Origin: the human T2T-CHM13v2.0 reference genome, Homo sapiens
Assembly (NCBI RefSeq): GCF_009914755.1
Contig: NC_060932.1
Length of the DNA: 64,000 bases
Reading direction: 5' to 3' (one strand)
Under the pieces are notes generated by a model that was given only the letters and a program-made list of their open reading frames with translations, was not told the origin of the DNA and searched no databases. Position 1 is the first letter of the stretch. Every line of letters starts with the position of its first letter. Both the position numbers and the translations under genes were made by a program. Of this stretch, positions 27,268 through 38,766 are shown in pieces.

Positions 27268-27777
27268 TATGATAGTTAATTTCATGTGTCACCTTGACTG
27301 GATCAGAGGTACCCAGATGTCTAGTTTAACATTATTTCTGGGTGTATTGGTGAGGTGTTTCTGGAGGAGATTAGTACTTACTCCGTAAAGTAGATGGTCC
27401 TCTTTAATGAGAGTGGGCATCATTTAACCTATTGAGGGTCTGAATAGAACAATATGCAGAGGAAGGAATTTGTCCTTCTTTTCTCCCTCACTGCTGGAGC
27501 TGGGACATCTCTTCTGATCATCTACTGCACTCAGACTGGGAGTTACACCATTGGCTCCTCTAGTTCTCAGGCCTTCGGGCTCATACTGGAAGTACACCAC
27601 CAGCTTTCCTAGTCTGCCTTGTTCAAGGAGCTTAGAGTCTAGTCCAACTTGTAGATGGCAGGTCGTGGGATTTCTCAGCCTCCATAATCACATGAGCTAA
27701 TTTCTTATTTTATATGCATATATCGATATAGATATATTTCCCATTGGTCTGCTCTCTGGAGAACTGTGAATAACACA
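27268..27777 (+). mobile_element. MLT2-family (ERVL) solo LTR
   Basis: tatgatagttaatttcatgtgtca...cattatttctgggtgt...ttctcagcctccataatc...ctctggagaac...aacaca. Perfect 5-bp TSD gaagc (27263-27267, 27778-27782). Confidence 0.9.
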
Positions 27778-28364
27778 GAAGCTAAGGGCTTTTTACCAAG
27801 ATAAATGATCATTACTCCAATTTCCAATCCTTCCAAGATATCACACACACTCTACTCAGGTTCTTCCAAGACACTGTGCACTGAACTCTCAGACAGGACA
27901 CCTAAGCTCTCATGAGTTCCCATTTGCTTCCTTCTGGAATATCATAAAATCAGTGCTGACATTTAGATGACATATTTCCATTTTTTTAGCTTCTGAGACC
28001 TCAGTCTATGAATCAAAATGTTAAGCACTGAAGGAGAGATTCTGTCCTGAATATGTCAAGCTGACAACGTGAGGAAATATGCATTCTTCTTAAGACTGCT
28101 GTATTTTCTTCTTTTAGAGGTATCTGGATAGCAAACCTGGATCTTTGAATAGAGTTGAATAGATTTTTGTTGGTAGGAGTGGTGGTAAAAATCCATGTTT
28201 TCTTCAGAACATTAATTTTCATTCATTCATTGTTTCCTTTGACTTAAAGTCTTTAGTTCTGCTTACTAATGAGTTTACGTTGATACCACAATATGATATT
28301 AAATATGTGACATAACATCATAATGATCATTTTAGCAACATCAGTTTTATAATAGTACAATCGA

Positions 28365-28560
28365 ACACATTTTTATTTAGCAACTCTTATGCCTGGCAAT
28401 ATAGTAGTGAATGAGGCAAGCGCAGTGTCTGCCTTGTTCAAGGAGCTTATAGTCTAGTCCAGAAGAGTCATTGAAAAAGTAGTTGCAGTTGGGTTGAGAG
28501 TTACACACTGGGAAGTACAGAATGCTATAGGAACCTGGAAGAAGAGGATGTAACCAATTG
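28365..28560 (-). mobile_element. L2 fragment
   Basis: atatagtagtgaatgaggcaag...ctgcc...aggagcttatagtctagt...gaatgctataggaacc. Confidence 0.7.
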
Positions 28561-29119
28561 AGTAGCTTGTCAGTAGCGAACAGCTTTTATTTGACCCTCA
28601 TATCAACTATGTGCAATAGGTTATCCCATTTTAAGTTTGAGAAAGCAGGCTCCATGAGCTTGATAGACTTGCCTTCATAGTTAATAAGTGTTCAGGACTA
28701 GAATCAAACCTTTTGTTCCAATCCCCAAGCTCTTTCCACTAAACCACTGCAGAATAGCAATCATGATTTAGAAGAAATTAATCCTAGGTATGGATAAAAG
28801 GGAGGATTAGTCACTAGCCAATCAAAAATTAGCCTTAGAAACTCTTCCTTTTTCCTCTCTAGTCATCCAACAGAACACACATTAAGCAATATGTTCTTGG
28901 TGATTTTCTGCTTATTTGAATCTGTGAGAACTGGGATCTGGAGTCCTGCAGCATTGCACCTGTTGGGTGAGGGGAGGCGCCTGCAGTTCAGGTACTGCCC
29001 ATGTGGAGCCTGAGAACAGAGTCTCCCTGGGAAAATACAAAGACAGATTGGCTCCTGGCAAGAGCTTGGCCTGGAACTCCCTTAAGACTCATCAAGCCCA
29101 CTCTGAACTGGGGCTATCA

Positions 29120-29620
29120 AGTTTGAATAGATGCATGGAATCACTACTGGAGGACTCTGAAAAATAAATTGTAACAGGCCAATTGGGGAACAAGACCAGA
29201 ACCTGAGGTACCACTATGGCAGTTTCTCATTTTCCTATGGAATTCCGCAGCCTGGAATCAAGGCAGCCCAAAGCCTGGAAGGGGACCTTGAGTATGGACA
29301 GAGAGAATGCCAGGAGAAGCCCCCTAGGTCTAACTCAAGACATGCAAAAGGGAAAACCAATGAAATTTTTTCCTCTCAATTATTTGCCTGAACTCCCAGA
29401 CAGTTCCATTGCAGCAGCCACAACAGGAGTCTAGTCTGCAGGTCCCTAAAACCCTGAGGGAGGGGACCCTTCCATTGTAATTCAAGGAGCTGTAATCCCA
29501 AAAGGGTATGGAAGACCTACCACCTCTCTGCCCTCTTGCTTAGCCCTGAATGTAGGTGCAGTTGCAGCAGAGTTGTGGCTAGACCCCAGCTTTTCGGCTA
29601 TCCAGAAGACAGAAAATGAA
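29120..29620 (+). mobile_element. Possible old L1M 5'-end fragment
   Basis: GC-richer segment resembling L1M 5'UTR pieces, directly upstream of L1 ORF2-like sequence. Confidence 0.35.
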
Positions 29621-29639
29621 TAATTTAGACTTGAGTAAA

Positions 29640-30680
29640 ATTTATAACTGTTATCTTGCAGAAATACTGTTAAGAAAATAAAAAGACAAACTGTGGTCGA
29701 AAAGTAAATGTTTGCAATTCATATATCTGATGAAGGACTTGTGTGCTGAGCATATAAAGAACTCTTAAGACTCAGGAGTAAGTAAACACATTCAGTTGAA
29801 AAATCAGCAAATCAGAAGAATTCCATGAAATTTATATAAGTCCGCCCTCAAGGAGAGGGAGCAGAACTACCCACTCCTTGAGTGTAGGTTGTGCATAATG
29901 ACTTCCTTCCAAAGAGTGCACTATGGAAAGGGGGAGGGATAACTTTACAATGGAGAAGCCTGACACACACCACCTGAGCCAGATGATCAAGGCCAACATC
30001 AACAGTTGGTAGAAGATACTCTTGGTAAGATATGATGGGAATGGCATTTTTCCTCTGTGGCCTTCCTCCCCCAAACCCACAATCTCAGTCTAATATTTAA
30101 TTAGAAAAACATGAAACAGATTTCAATTGAGGGGTGTTCTATAAAATAACTGACCAGTACATCTTAAAATTATTACAGTCATCAAAAAAACAGGGACATC
30201 TAAGTAACTGTCACAGCCAAGAGGCCTAAGGAGACATGATGACTAAAGGTACTGTGGTATCCTGGATGGGATGCTGCCACAGAAAAAGGACATTAGGTTA
30301 AAGGAAAGGAAATCTGAATTAAGTGTAGACTTTAGTTAATAATGATGCATCAACATTGCTTCATTAACTGGAACAAATGTACCATATTTTTTATGCAAGA
30401 TGTTAATCACAGGGGAAACTGAAGACATGATGTAGGGGGACTCTACAATATATGCAAATTTCTTACAAATCTAAAACTGTTCTAAAAAATAAAGTTTATT
30501 TTCTAAAATTACATTAAAAGGCAAAAGAAATGGCAAACGATTTGACCAGACACTTCTTCAAGGAGGATATATGAATGGCAAATAAGCACATGAAAAACTG
30601 CCCAACACCTTTGCTCATTAGGGAAATGCAAGTTAAAACCACAATTAGATATTACTACACAATACCCGACAGTACACAAT
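29640..30680 (+). mobile_element. L1M ORF2 fragment with a nested L1MC/L1MD 3'UTR (about 29812-30510)
   Basis: tttgcaattcatatatctgatgaaggacttg...aaaaatcagcaaa is interrupted by gacttccttccaaagag...gagaagcctgac...ctaaaactgttctaaaaaataaagtttatt, then resumes as aaatggcaaacgatttgaccagacac...ctcattagggaaatgcaa. Confidence 0.75.
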
Positions 30681-31399
30681 TCTAGAATCCAAGAGGTCTT
30701 AGTTGTCATTTGTACCCAGTGTGCTTACGAATGAAGGATTGCTGCTTGTTTTATAAGGCAACTGTTTTGGCTTTCTTAAGCCAAGAGAAACTTTCCATTC
30801 TTGAAAGTTCATTGACAAGGAAAACGGTTCCCCCACCGCACCCAACTCCCTACTCACTACAACACCTCCCTGTGTGCAGGACGGGTATAGGAACCGGTAG
30901 CATCTTCATCCTGCAGGGAGGCTGGCTGGGGAAGCTGTGTCCAGGAGTCCTGCCAGCTTGGGAAAGCTGGCTCCTGTAGCCCTCCTCAGCTGTACATATG
31001 ATGCTGCTTTCTGGCCATGACTACCAGAAAAGGTCTGGATCTTCTCACAAGTGGATCAGTCGAGAAGTGGTCTGTATAAGCCTCATGTGCCAAGAAAAGC
31101 CCAGCTCATTGTAGTGGGAAGGACTCCTTGGGGTCCGCAGTCAGGAGCAGGCTCTGAAACACCTGGAAGCAGGTCACAGCCTTCCACGAAGCAGGAGCCC
31201 TGTGACACCACACAGGCTAGTGAGTTGCTAGGAGCAGTGGCTCCCTCTCACTTCCTGCCATTGCTGCTCTATCCCTCCCTTCCTGTCTCCCTATACCCTG
31301 TCCCATCACACTGCCCCAGTCCTCAGTTATCCTCCACTCTGAGTCTTACCTCTGTGATATCTTATACCAGTATCCTATGTCCTGTATATGAGCTTGGGT

Positions 31400-32620
31400 T
31401 TTATGTGACAGAGGTAGTGCAAAGACAGTGATTGGAACAACAGTTTAGACCCATGGTTCTTGACCTTGGCTACATACTTGAATCACCTATGGAGTTTTTA
31501 AAATTCCAATGCCTAGAACTGCCCTGGCTAATTATAACATATTTTGGGAAATTGGGAGCCAAGCATCAGTATTTTTCTAAAGCTTCCTAATTGATTCCAA
31601 TGTTTGGCCAAGCTTAAAAAGCCACCGATTTAATCGAAAGCACAGTAGAGGAAAGTAGGGAAGTTATTGGTCTAGCTATAGCCTCTGACCCTTCTTACAG
31701 CTCAGTTGGAAAGTTCCTGCAGTAGGTCAGGTAAGAGGATAAGAACAGCAGTAGTGATGAAGAGGTGGGACAGCTTTGAGTGATCATGAAAGGTGGGATC
31801 AGCAGACCAGAGCTTTCAGGAGTCATTGAATAGGGAGTCAAAGAGGGGTCTAGAGGAGGCCATGCATTCAGATTTTATTAAATCAGTATAAGGAAGGCAG
31901 GAAGATGAGGAAAATAGTTTTGGTTGTGGACATGTTGGATGTCACATAATTCTGGAGCTATCCAGGTGGCATTGTCAGATGCTCAGAGGAGAGTTGGGCC
32001 AGAAATATAATTTGGAAATCATTGGCAGAGCATGATACTTAGAAGCTTGGGAGTCAATGAGATTATCTTAGGAGAGCAAGTGGAGTGGAAAGGACAGAAC
32101 CTTGGGGAGCGCCAATGTGCTTAATGGGAGGGCAGAAGAAAAGCCAGCCAAGCAGACTGATAAAAAGAGAACCATGAGAACTGTCATGAAAGACAAAGGA
32201 GCAGACAGTTTCAGGAGGAGAACTCAGCAGGTCCAATGCTGCTGCTAGATCCAGTATGGTGTCTATTGAATTGGCAATGTGAAGGTCAATGGGGACTTAC
32301 ACTAGAGCATTTTAGCTGACCACCATGGGGTTGGAGAGGGAAATGAGGAAAGGGAGACAGCAAATACAGATTACTCTTCTGAAAAACATGGCTGTGAATG
32401 GAAAGAGAGATGCTCAGTGGTACCTGGAGGAAAAGGCAGAATTCAGGGAGGAATTTTCTTTATCTGGTGAATTTATAAGGTATAGGGAAAGAGATTGAAA
32501 CTCTTACCAATAAAGAGATTGAAACTCCAAGAGAGAGATGGGTAATTGATACCTCAAGGATCCTTAGTGGGAGGGAGGGATAGGTATTTAGAGATAGTGG
32601 AACTTTGAGCACAAGGGACC
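31400..32620 (-). mobile_element. Long L2 fragment interrupted by MER5B
   Basis: tttggttgtggacatgttg...agaggagagttgggccagaaatataatttggaaatcattggca...ggacagaaccttgggg...gtccaatgctgct...ggagacagcaaatacagattactctt. Confidence 0.75.
31451..31627. mobile_element. MER5B hAT-Charlie MITE
   Basis: catggttcttgaccttggctacatacttgaatcacct...gcatcagtattttt...tgattccaatgt. Confidence 0.75.
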
Positions 32621-32640
32621 CCTTTGTTTTATTTATTTTA

Positions 32641-32660
32641 TGTGCGTGTGTGTGTGTGTG
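32641..32660. repeat. (TG)n microsatellite
   Basis: tgtgcgtgtgtgtgtgtgtg. Confidence 0.85.
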
Positions 32661-34690
32661 ATCCTAGAGAAACAAAAAGGGTTTCTTGAGGGAAGATTAT
32701 GGTATCAACACACTTTTATTTGAGCCTCCTTGTAGAAGGCCAGGGTTGGCACAATGGGGGCTGATGCTGAAGTTTGGGCACTGACAGCAAAGGAAAAGTG
32801 AGACTTTCAGTAACAGAGGAGCCAAGATGTGAGCACAAACCAAATCCCAAGAAGTGCTGAGCTTCAAAGTTGAGGAAGTCAAGAGTGGTCTTCAAGTTCA
32901 AAGGTTACAAGTGGGGCCAAGATTACGATACCAAGCCAAGGCCACATGCCCTGTGGGGTGTGCATGGCATGGCAGAGGGGAATCAAAGGCATAATAAGGA
33001 GACTCCTAGGAGCTGAGGCTTTGTTATTCATTACCTGGCCTGAAAGGAGAGCACAGGAAGTTGAGAGATTGCCCTCTGCAGAGTGGCTCTTTCTTTCTGC
33101 TCCGAACAAGGCAGGACTCATGGTGTCTGATGAGCAAAACGGGGCAGGAGTTTGGTAAGGAGACTGCAGGAGAAAGGAACAGTTCTGGAACGGCCACTGA
33201 GAAGATTCGAAAAGGAAGTTGACCAAGGACAAATAAAAGAGTGGTCCAGCTGAAATTGGAGACTAGCAATATGTAGTGGCATTAGTCCTCATGGTTGAGT
33301 TATTGTCTCCATTTGCACTTGGCAGCCTAGGTGTAGCAGCAAACAAACAGCATTGTGAGATCCATCCTGCCAGGCAGGTGTGGCAAAGTCCAGGGTCCAG
33401 GCAGGCAAGGATGCTGGAAAAGACCAAGCCGAACAGGCTCAAAACAAATGTGTATAAACATAGATCTAAATATAGCCATGCACTTACATAGCTAATGAAT
33501 GACTCACAATTATGAAAATTAATCCAAGCCTGTTTTTAGATGGCATTTTCTCACTTTTCTGAGAGTAAAATCTCCTGTTTGTTTTATTCAAGATGCTCAT
33601 CTGCTCCATGTTTATTACACAAACCTCTGAGTCTTCATTTCCATTTTGAAAGGAGAATATTCTACTCTCTCTTCTCATTGTTGAACGGTTATCAGGCAGA
33701 TAGCGAGGTAGCTGAAGTTCTAGCGGTACTTTTGCAGTGAGTACCTAATGCTTAAATAGTGATTTAATTGGCAGTCATTGAAAACTCAGGGCCCACAATT
33801 CTATATTTTTTGAAGAAAGAACATTGGTTATTTCCCATGGGCATTTCATTAATGGAGAAAAAACAGAACTCTGCTGACTAACCTGGTTTGACATTTACTT
33901 AAAATAAGCCAAGTGCTATTTATCTGGATTACCTTATTATATGCCCCAGCTCTGTTGGATAATTAAGGGACAGCTGGAGAATGAGGATAAAATCATGCCA
34001 ATATTTTATAAGAAGAACTTTTAGGGCTCCTTTTCCTGTGTTTAATGAACTTAGTCTGAACTAATGAAAGTGTTATGTTGGGGCCACGGGGATAGAGTGG
34101 AGGCAGAGGGTAAGGTTGAACTCCCTCTTGTTTTAAAAAGAACCTTGCTTATTTTAATCAGTAAAAAAGAGGGATAGAGGGAAGGATGTGAATCTTTTCT
34201 GTTTTAATAGAAAAAAATTCGTTCTTGGCTCATTTATTCTACTTTATGATACTATATTACATAATAAAATACGGAAAATGAAACTCGCCCTGTGGAGAAA
34301 AGAATACCACCTCTCTATATTCATTGGAAATTAAGACATAAAATATCTTAATGGGAATTTATGATAAAAACCCCTGGGTAATCTGGGAAGAATCCTGCAA
34401 AGGATCATGCCTCCTATAGGCACTTGCTGTATGTTAATAGGTGGCCATCAGAATTAAAATTTGGTTCTCTGCTCCAACTCTGCTGCCTTCTTTCTCCTAC
34501 CACTGTTACCCAAAATTATGCAACCACACTGTGCAAGGCTTGGAAAAGAACTTATATTCTCATCTTTTTGTGGGATGAATTAACCAAACTGCAACATGGC
34601 AGATCCAGAATGCTGTGATCCACACTAACCATTAAAAGTAATAGAAATCACCATTCCTGTACTTTGGAAGCAGTGATAACTAGGGCCTTG

Positions 34691-34718
34691 GAGATAGAGA
34701 TAGAGATAGAGATAGAGA
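34691..34718. repeat. (GAGATA)n hexanucleotide repeat, about 4.7 units
   Basis: Direct inspection. Confidence 0.9.
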
Positions 34719-35139
34719 AGGTGATACAAGGTTCAGTCTGCCCCAGTTCTGAATGGCATCCTCATGGGTAAGGTGGCTCAGCAGGCAATCATCATTCATG
34801 GGAGGATTTATCAGGAACCCTTTTAGGATAAGCCCGTTATTCAAAGGCTAGGAGTGCTGACTGGATAGCTGAATGAGATGAGATCAGAGTCAAGGTCGGG
34901 ACAAAGCCACCAGAATTCAGGTAAGGTAACCAGTGTCACTGGCAGAAGCAAGGAAACTCAGTGTGATTGGGGGTGTAGTGTCTAGAGTTTGGACAGCCTC
35001 TTCCTAAAACAAATAAATCAGTGGTCCACATAGTCAACCGAGATGCATGCTTTTACTTAGCCTTACTTTGTCCTTCTTTGGGGCTTTAAAAGATCCTTCT
35101 TACAAAAAGGAGACAAGTTGTTGTAAGGACAAGCCCAGA

Positions 35140-35362
35140 TGTCATGGAAAGTCTACAGATTTGGAGCCAGATCAACCAAGGTGAACCTCAGCCTCAGCAC
35201 TTGCTACTTTCATGGACTTAAGCAAGTTAACTGACCTCTCTGAGCTTCCATTCTCTTAACTTGGAAGTGAGGACAATAATAACTACCTATCAGGCTGCTG
35301 TGAGCATTCAGTGAGGTAATGTATGAGGTTTCTGGCACATAAGAGTGTCTTAATAAATATTT
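35140..35362 (+). mobile_element. MIR
   Basis: ttggagccaga...gcaagttaactgacctctctgagcttc...ctacctatcaggctgctgtgagcatt...tggcacataagagtg. Confidence 0.85.
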
Positions 35363-35479
35363 CTCTTTCCCATTCATGCATAGACATTCAAACAACTGAA
35401 ATCATGTAGGCCAGTACTGAAGTCCCCCATTTTTCAAATGGGGCAGGTAAAACATTTTCTTGCCCAACACCTCAAACCA

Positions 35480-35637
35480 TCATTCCCAAATTTGCTCCCT
35501 GGACCAGCAGCAACAGCATCACCTAGGCACTCAGGCCCCATCCCAGACCTACTAAATCAGAAACACATGAGATGGGATCCTATGTTTCACTAAGCCCTCC
35601 AGCTTATTTTGATACAAAATGAAATTTAAAAACTATT
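35480..35637. mobile_element. MER5A/MER5A1 MITE
   Basis: tggaccagcagcaacagcatcacct...ctcaggccccatcccagacctactaaatcagaaac...taagccctccag. Confidence 0.8.
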
Positions 35638-37468
35638 GTATGAAGGTAAATCAGATCAGTAACTCACAGTATATGACAGGTACGGAGCTCACAGGCCTCA
35701 GTTAGCAGCATATACTAAGTACAGCCTCATATTTACCTACTAAGATTGACTTGGTGTTGGCAGTACTTTACTTTGAGCTGCATGATCTTGGCCTCAAGTG
35801 GGGTCCACATCATCATGGTACCAAAGTCCTGGACTTGGGGAGAACAGTAATTTCCCAAATTATTTCTACTGTCAGACCATATGTTGGATCACGTATCTTA
35901 ATCAGGTTTGAGAAACAGAGCTCATCACCTCCCTGCTGCATGAAGCACCATCACCTCCTCTTTCCCTTCTTCCCAGCTGTATTTGGTGACTGAATAGCAA
36001 GTGGTCACTGGGTAACTTGGGATGCTTTTGACTATTGTACAACCTCAGATTCTCAAAAACCATTATGACTATCAACAGCAGCAGCCCAGAGGGTAAGCTT
36101 CCAATTGTCCTTGATAGTTTAGCCTATGGGTTTAGGGAGCAAGGTCAGTCTGCAATATCTGACTTACATAGTCCAGAACAGAGGTGTACTCGGAGGAGAT
36201 GCTGCCCCACTCTCTACCCTGCATCCATCCTGGGGGCCCTGCATTGGGTGCTGCCTCACTGTGGACTTTGAAATACTCTGCAGCAGGCGTCTGTCATGCT
36301 ATGGGTTACCTGCACACCTGCTCCCTCTCTCTTCTAGTCCTTCCATGTGAGAGAAAAACAAAATACAGCCTTGAGCTTGAAACACATGCATTCACAAATG
36401 AGCCCCTTCCAACAATGCCTAAGGAGATTTGGGGAAAAAACCCAGCTCTTTCTCTCTTGTACACACTGTGGTTGCCAAAGGATAAGCATTGTTCTGTCAA
36501 GGTCCAACACTTGCTAGAGTGATTGCTGGAACCTTCAGGGAGGAGAGATTGTGTTTATAATGAGAGGAAAATGGATTAATCAAAACTCTAGCCTTCAGCT
36601 GTCAGCACTAGAATACAATATGTCAATTGGAATATGAGGTGGCTTTGACAAGAATACCATCTTGCTTGCTTTAGTCAATCCTATTTGGAGCAACCTGATC
36701 TAAGCAATGATTTTCTCTGCAGCAAATGAATGCATACCAACAAAATCCATTAGCTATGAAAGTTACGGCATTGATTTTAGAATAAAATACTGTTACAAAA
36801 AAAAGGAAGTCATATTCTAATATCTCCACTGCTGACAGCCTGTACAAGTCTCAGGAGAGAGCTACTTGCAAAAGTATATCCCCTTCATAAGGCACAGATA
36901 ACTTGTATATCTTAATCAATAGCCTATAGACTCTATAGTATAGTATAGAGTCTAGTCTATAAATAAGATCACTAGCAGTTAGATTTATGTTAGAAGTCTA
37001 AAACAAAAATTTGTTTTAAACTGGCATTACTTTTGGGGTTTAGAGATACTTGTATTTCTGTAAGTTCTTTATGAAATACATTGTACTACCTGCCAATGAG
37101 TTCAATCTGAGTAGCGCCACCCTCCTGCTCTAAACAAACATGCAACCATGTCACCGAATTTACATTAGAAACCCATTTCAAGTTACCACCTGCTTCGCAG
37201 CCAATGTGACTTTCTGCCAGTGTTCTGTGATCGATGGGGGATGTGCTGTGGATTTGAGGCTATAGCTTTAACATTTTCCAGGCATGAATGATACGACATC
37301 TGTACCTATTCCAGTATAAGCATATCAGCAATCTAAAAGGGATCTGCTGACATGTTTAGACAAATTGCCTTAATATTGCTGAAAGCAAAACTGAGAAGAA
37401 AATAATTTTTAATGGAATTTCACTTAGAATCCATCCCATCTGAGTTCTCCTCCACGCTTAACATCTCC

Positions 37469-37532
37469 ATTACTCAAATATGTGGTTGAATCACTGAAGT
37501 CCTGTACTGCTTGGCACAGTTTAGGTGCTCAA
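37469..37532 (+). repeat. 64-bp dispersed direct repeat, copy 1 (identical to 38703-38766)
   Basis: attactcaaatatgtggttgaatcactgaagtcctgtactgcttggcacagtttaggtgctcaa occurs twice. Confidence 0.97.
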
Positions 37533-37559
37533 CATTGTGTCCTGGGTACACAATGTCTT

Positions 37560-37740
37560 CACACCACCTTGGGCCTTACTCTATCTGATAAGGGATGCAT
37601 CCCTTGATTTCTTCATATGTAAAGTGAGGATATACATTATTCATATCCATTCATAGGGATTTCAGAGGATTCAATGAAATAATAATATATCAGGGAGCTT
37701 GCCTATAGAAAGTGTTCAGTAAATGTTAGCTCTTATTATT
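37560..37740 (+). mobile_element. MIR 3' half
   Basis: accttgggc...tttcttcatatgtaaagtgagga...tcatagggattt...gaggattcaatgaaataat...gtaaatgttagctcttattatt. Confidence 0.7.
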
Positions 37741-37885
37741 CTGTGTATGCCGATCTGTTCCAAGAAGCCTAAAGCTCAATAATTTGATGTTTCTGTTTCT
37801 CCATTTGAGCACTGAAAAGCTGACTTTGTTTCCTAGTAGCTAAGGAAAAAACAGAACAAAGCAAAAAGTAAATCATATTAACAAA

Positions 37886-37909
37886 TATATATATATATAT
37901 ATATATATA
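37886..37909. repeat. (TA)n microsatellite
   Basis: Direct inspection. Confidence 0.9.
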
Positions 37910-38702
37910 GTGTGCAAATACTCATAAACATACATACATACAATAAGTGAATTTTTCATTTTAATGGCAAAATAAGGCATATGTATGTATATAGGCAGAA
38001 AAATCCTTTCTTTGAATTAAGTTATCTTCAACGAGAACTTTGCAAAGTAAAAAAAAAAAAAAAAACAGAAAAAGAAATGCTTTTAAACAAACTGTTCTTG
38101 GGTCATTTCTATCCTAAAGCTGAGGAACTGATATCAGGTAGTAACTGAGAAAGGGCTTCTCTCTAGAGTTTTTCTCACTAATGATGTATGTTAGCTCGAG
38201 GGTAGAACCTGAAGACTCTGGAGCAGTGCACATAGCTCACCCGCACCACTTGGGTATTTCACTAAGGTGCAGATTCCTAGGCCCAACTGACACCTAAGAA
38301 ATCTGAATTTCCAGGGAATCCTGAGTCTCCTTTTTTTTTTAACTCCCCCTCCTCCCCAAGGCAATTACAACAAGCACCGAAGTATCAGAACCACTGATTT
38401 TTTGCTATCTCTGGCTACATGTTGACAGATATGCTTTTGAAAAATCCAGTGTCTAGATGGGCATCGGACAGATGCTGGATCCTCTAAAACTGAGATGGAG
38501 CTAAATGGGGGGTTGGAGCAGTTAATGAATTGGAGAGCCATTTGCTGAAACACAAAACCCAAGGAGAGAGGCACCATTTGGGTGTGATTATTTAAAACCC
38601 AGACTTCAATGTCTCAAAAATAATTTAGCATGGACATTGGAAACTGAGTGTCTGTGGGTAAAGCCAATAGTTTCCATTGATAAAAACAGAATTCTTTAAA
38701 CG

Positions 38703-38766
38703 ATTACTCAAATATGTGGTTGAATCACTGAAGTCCTGTACTGCTTGGCACAGTTTAGGTGCTCAA
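38703..38766 (+). repeat. 64-bp dispersed direct repeat, copy 2
   Basis: Identical to 37469-37532. Confidence 0.97.

Noticed and set aside
32214-37453. 14-bp inverted match between 32214-32227 and 37440-37453, beside the duplication
   Set aside because: It could be another templated piece, but a 14-bp match is only marginally beyond chance in a window this size.
37469-38766. 64-bp repeats as LTRs of a mini-element or a CRISPR-like array
   Set aside because: There are only two copies, no TG...CA ends, PBS, PPT or TSD, and the interior contains unrelated ancient repeats. The DNA is mammalian, with no cas genes.
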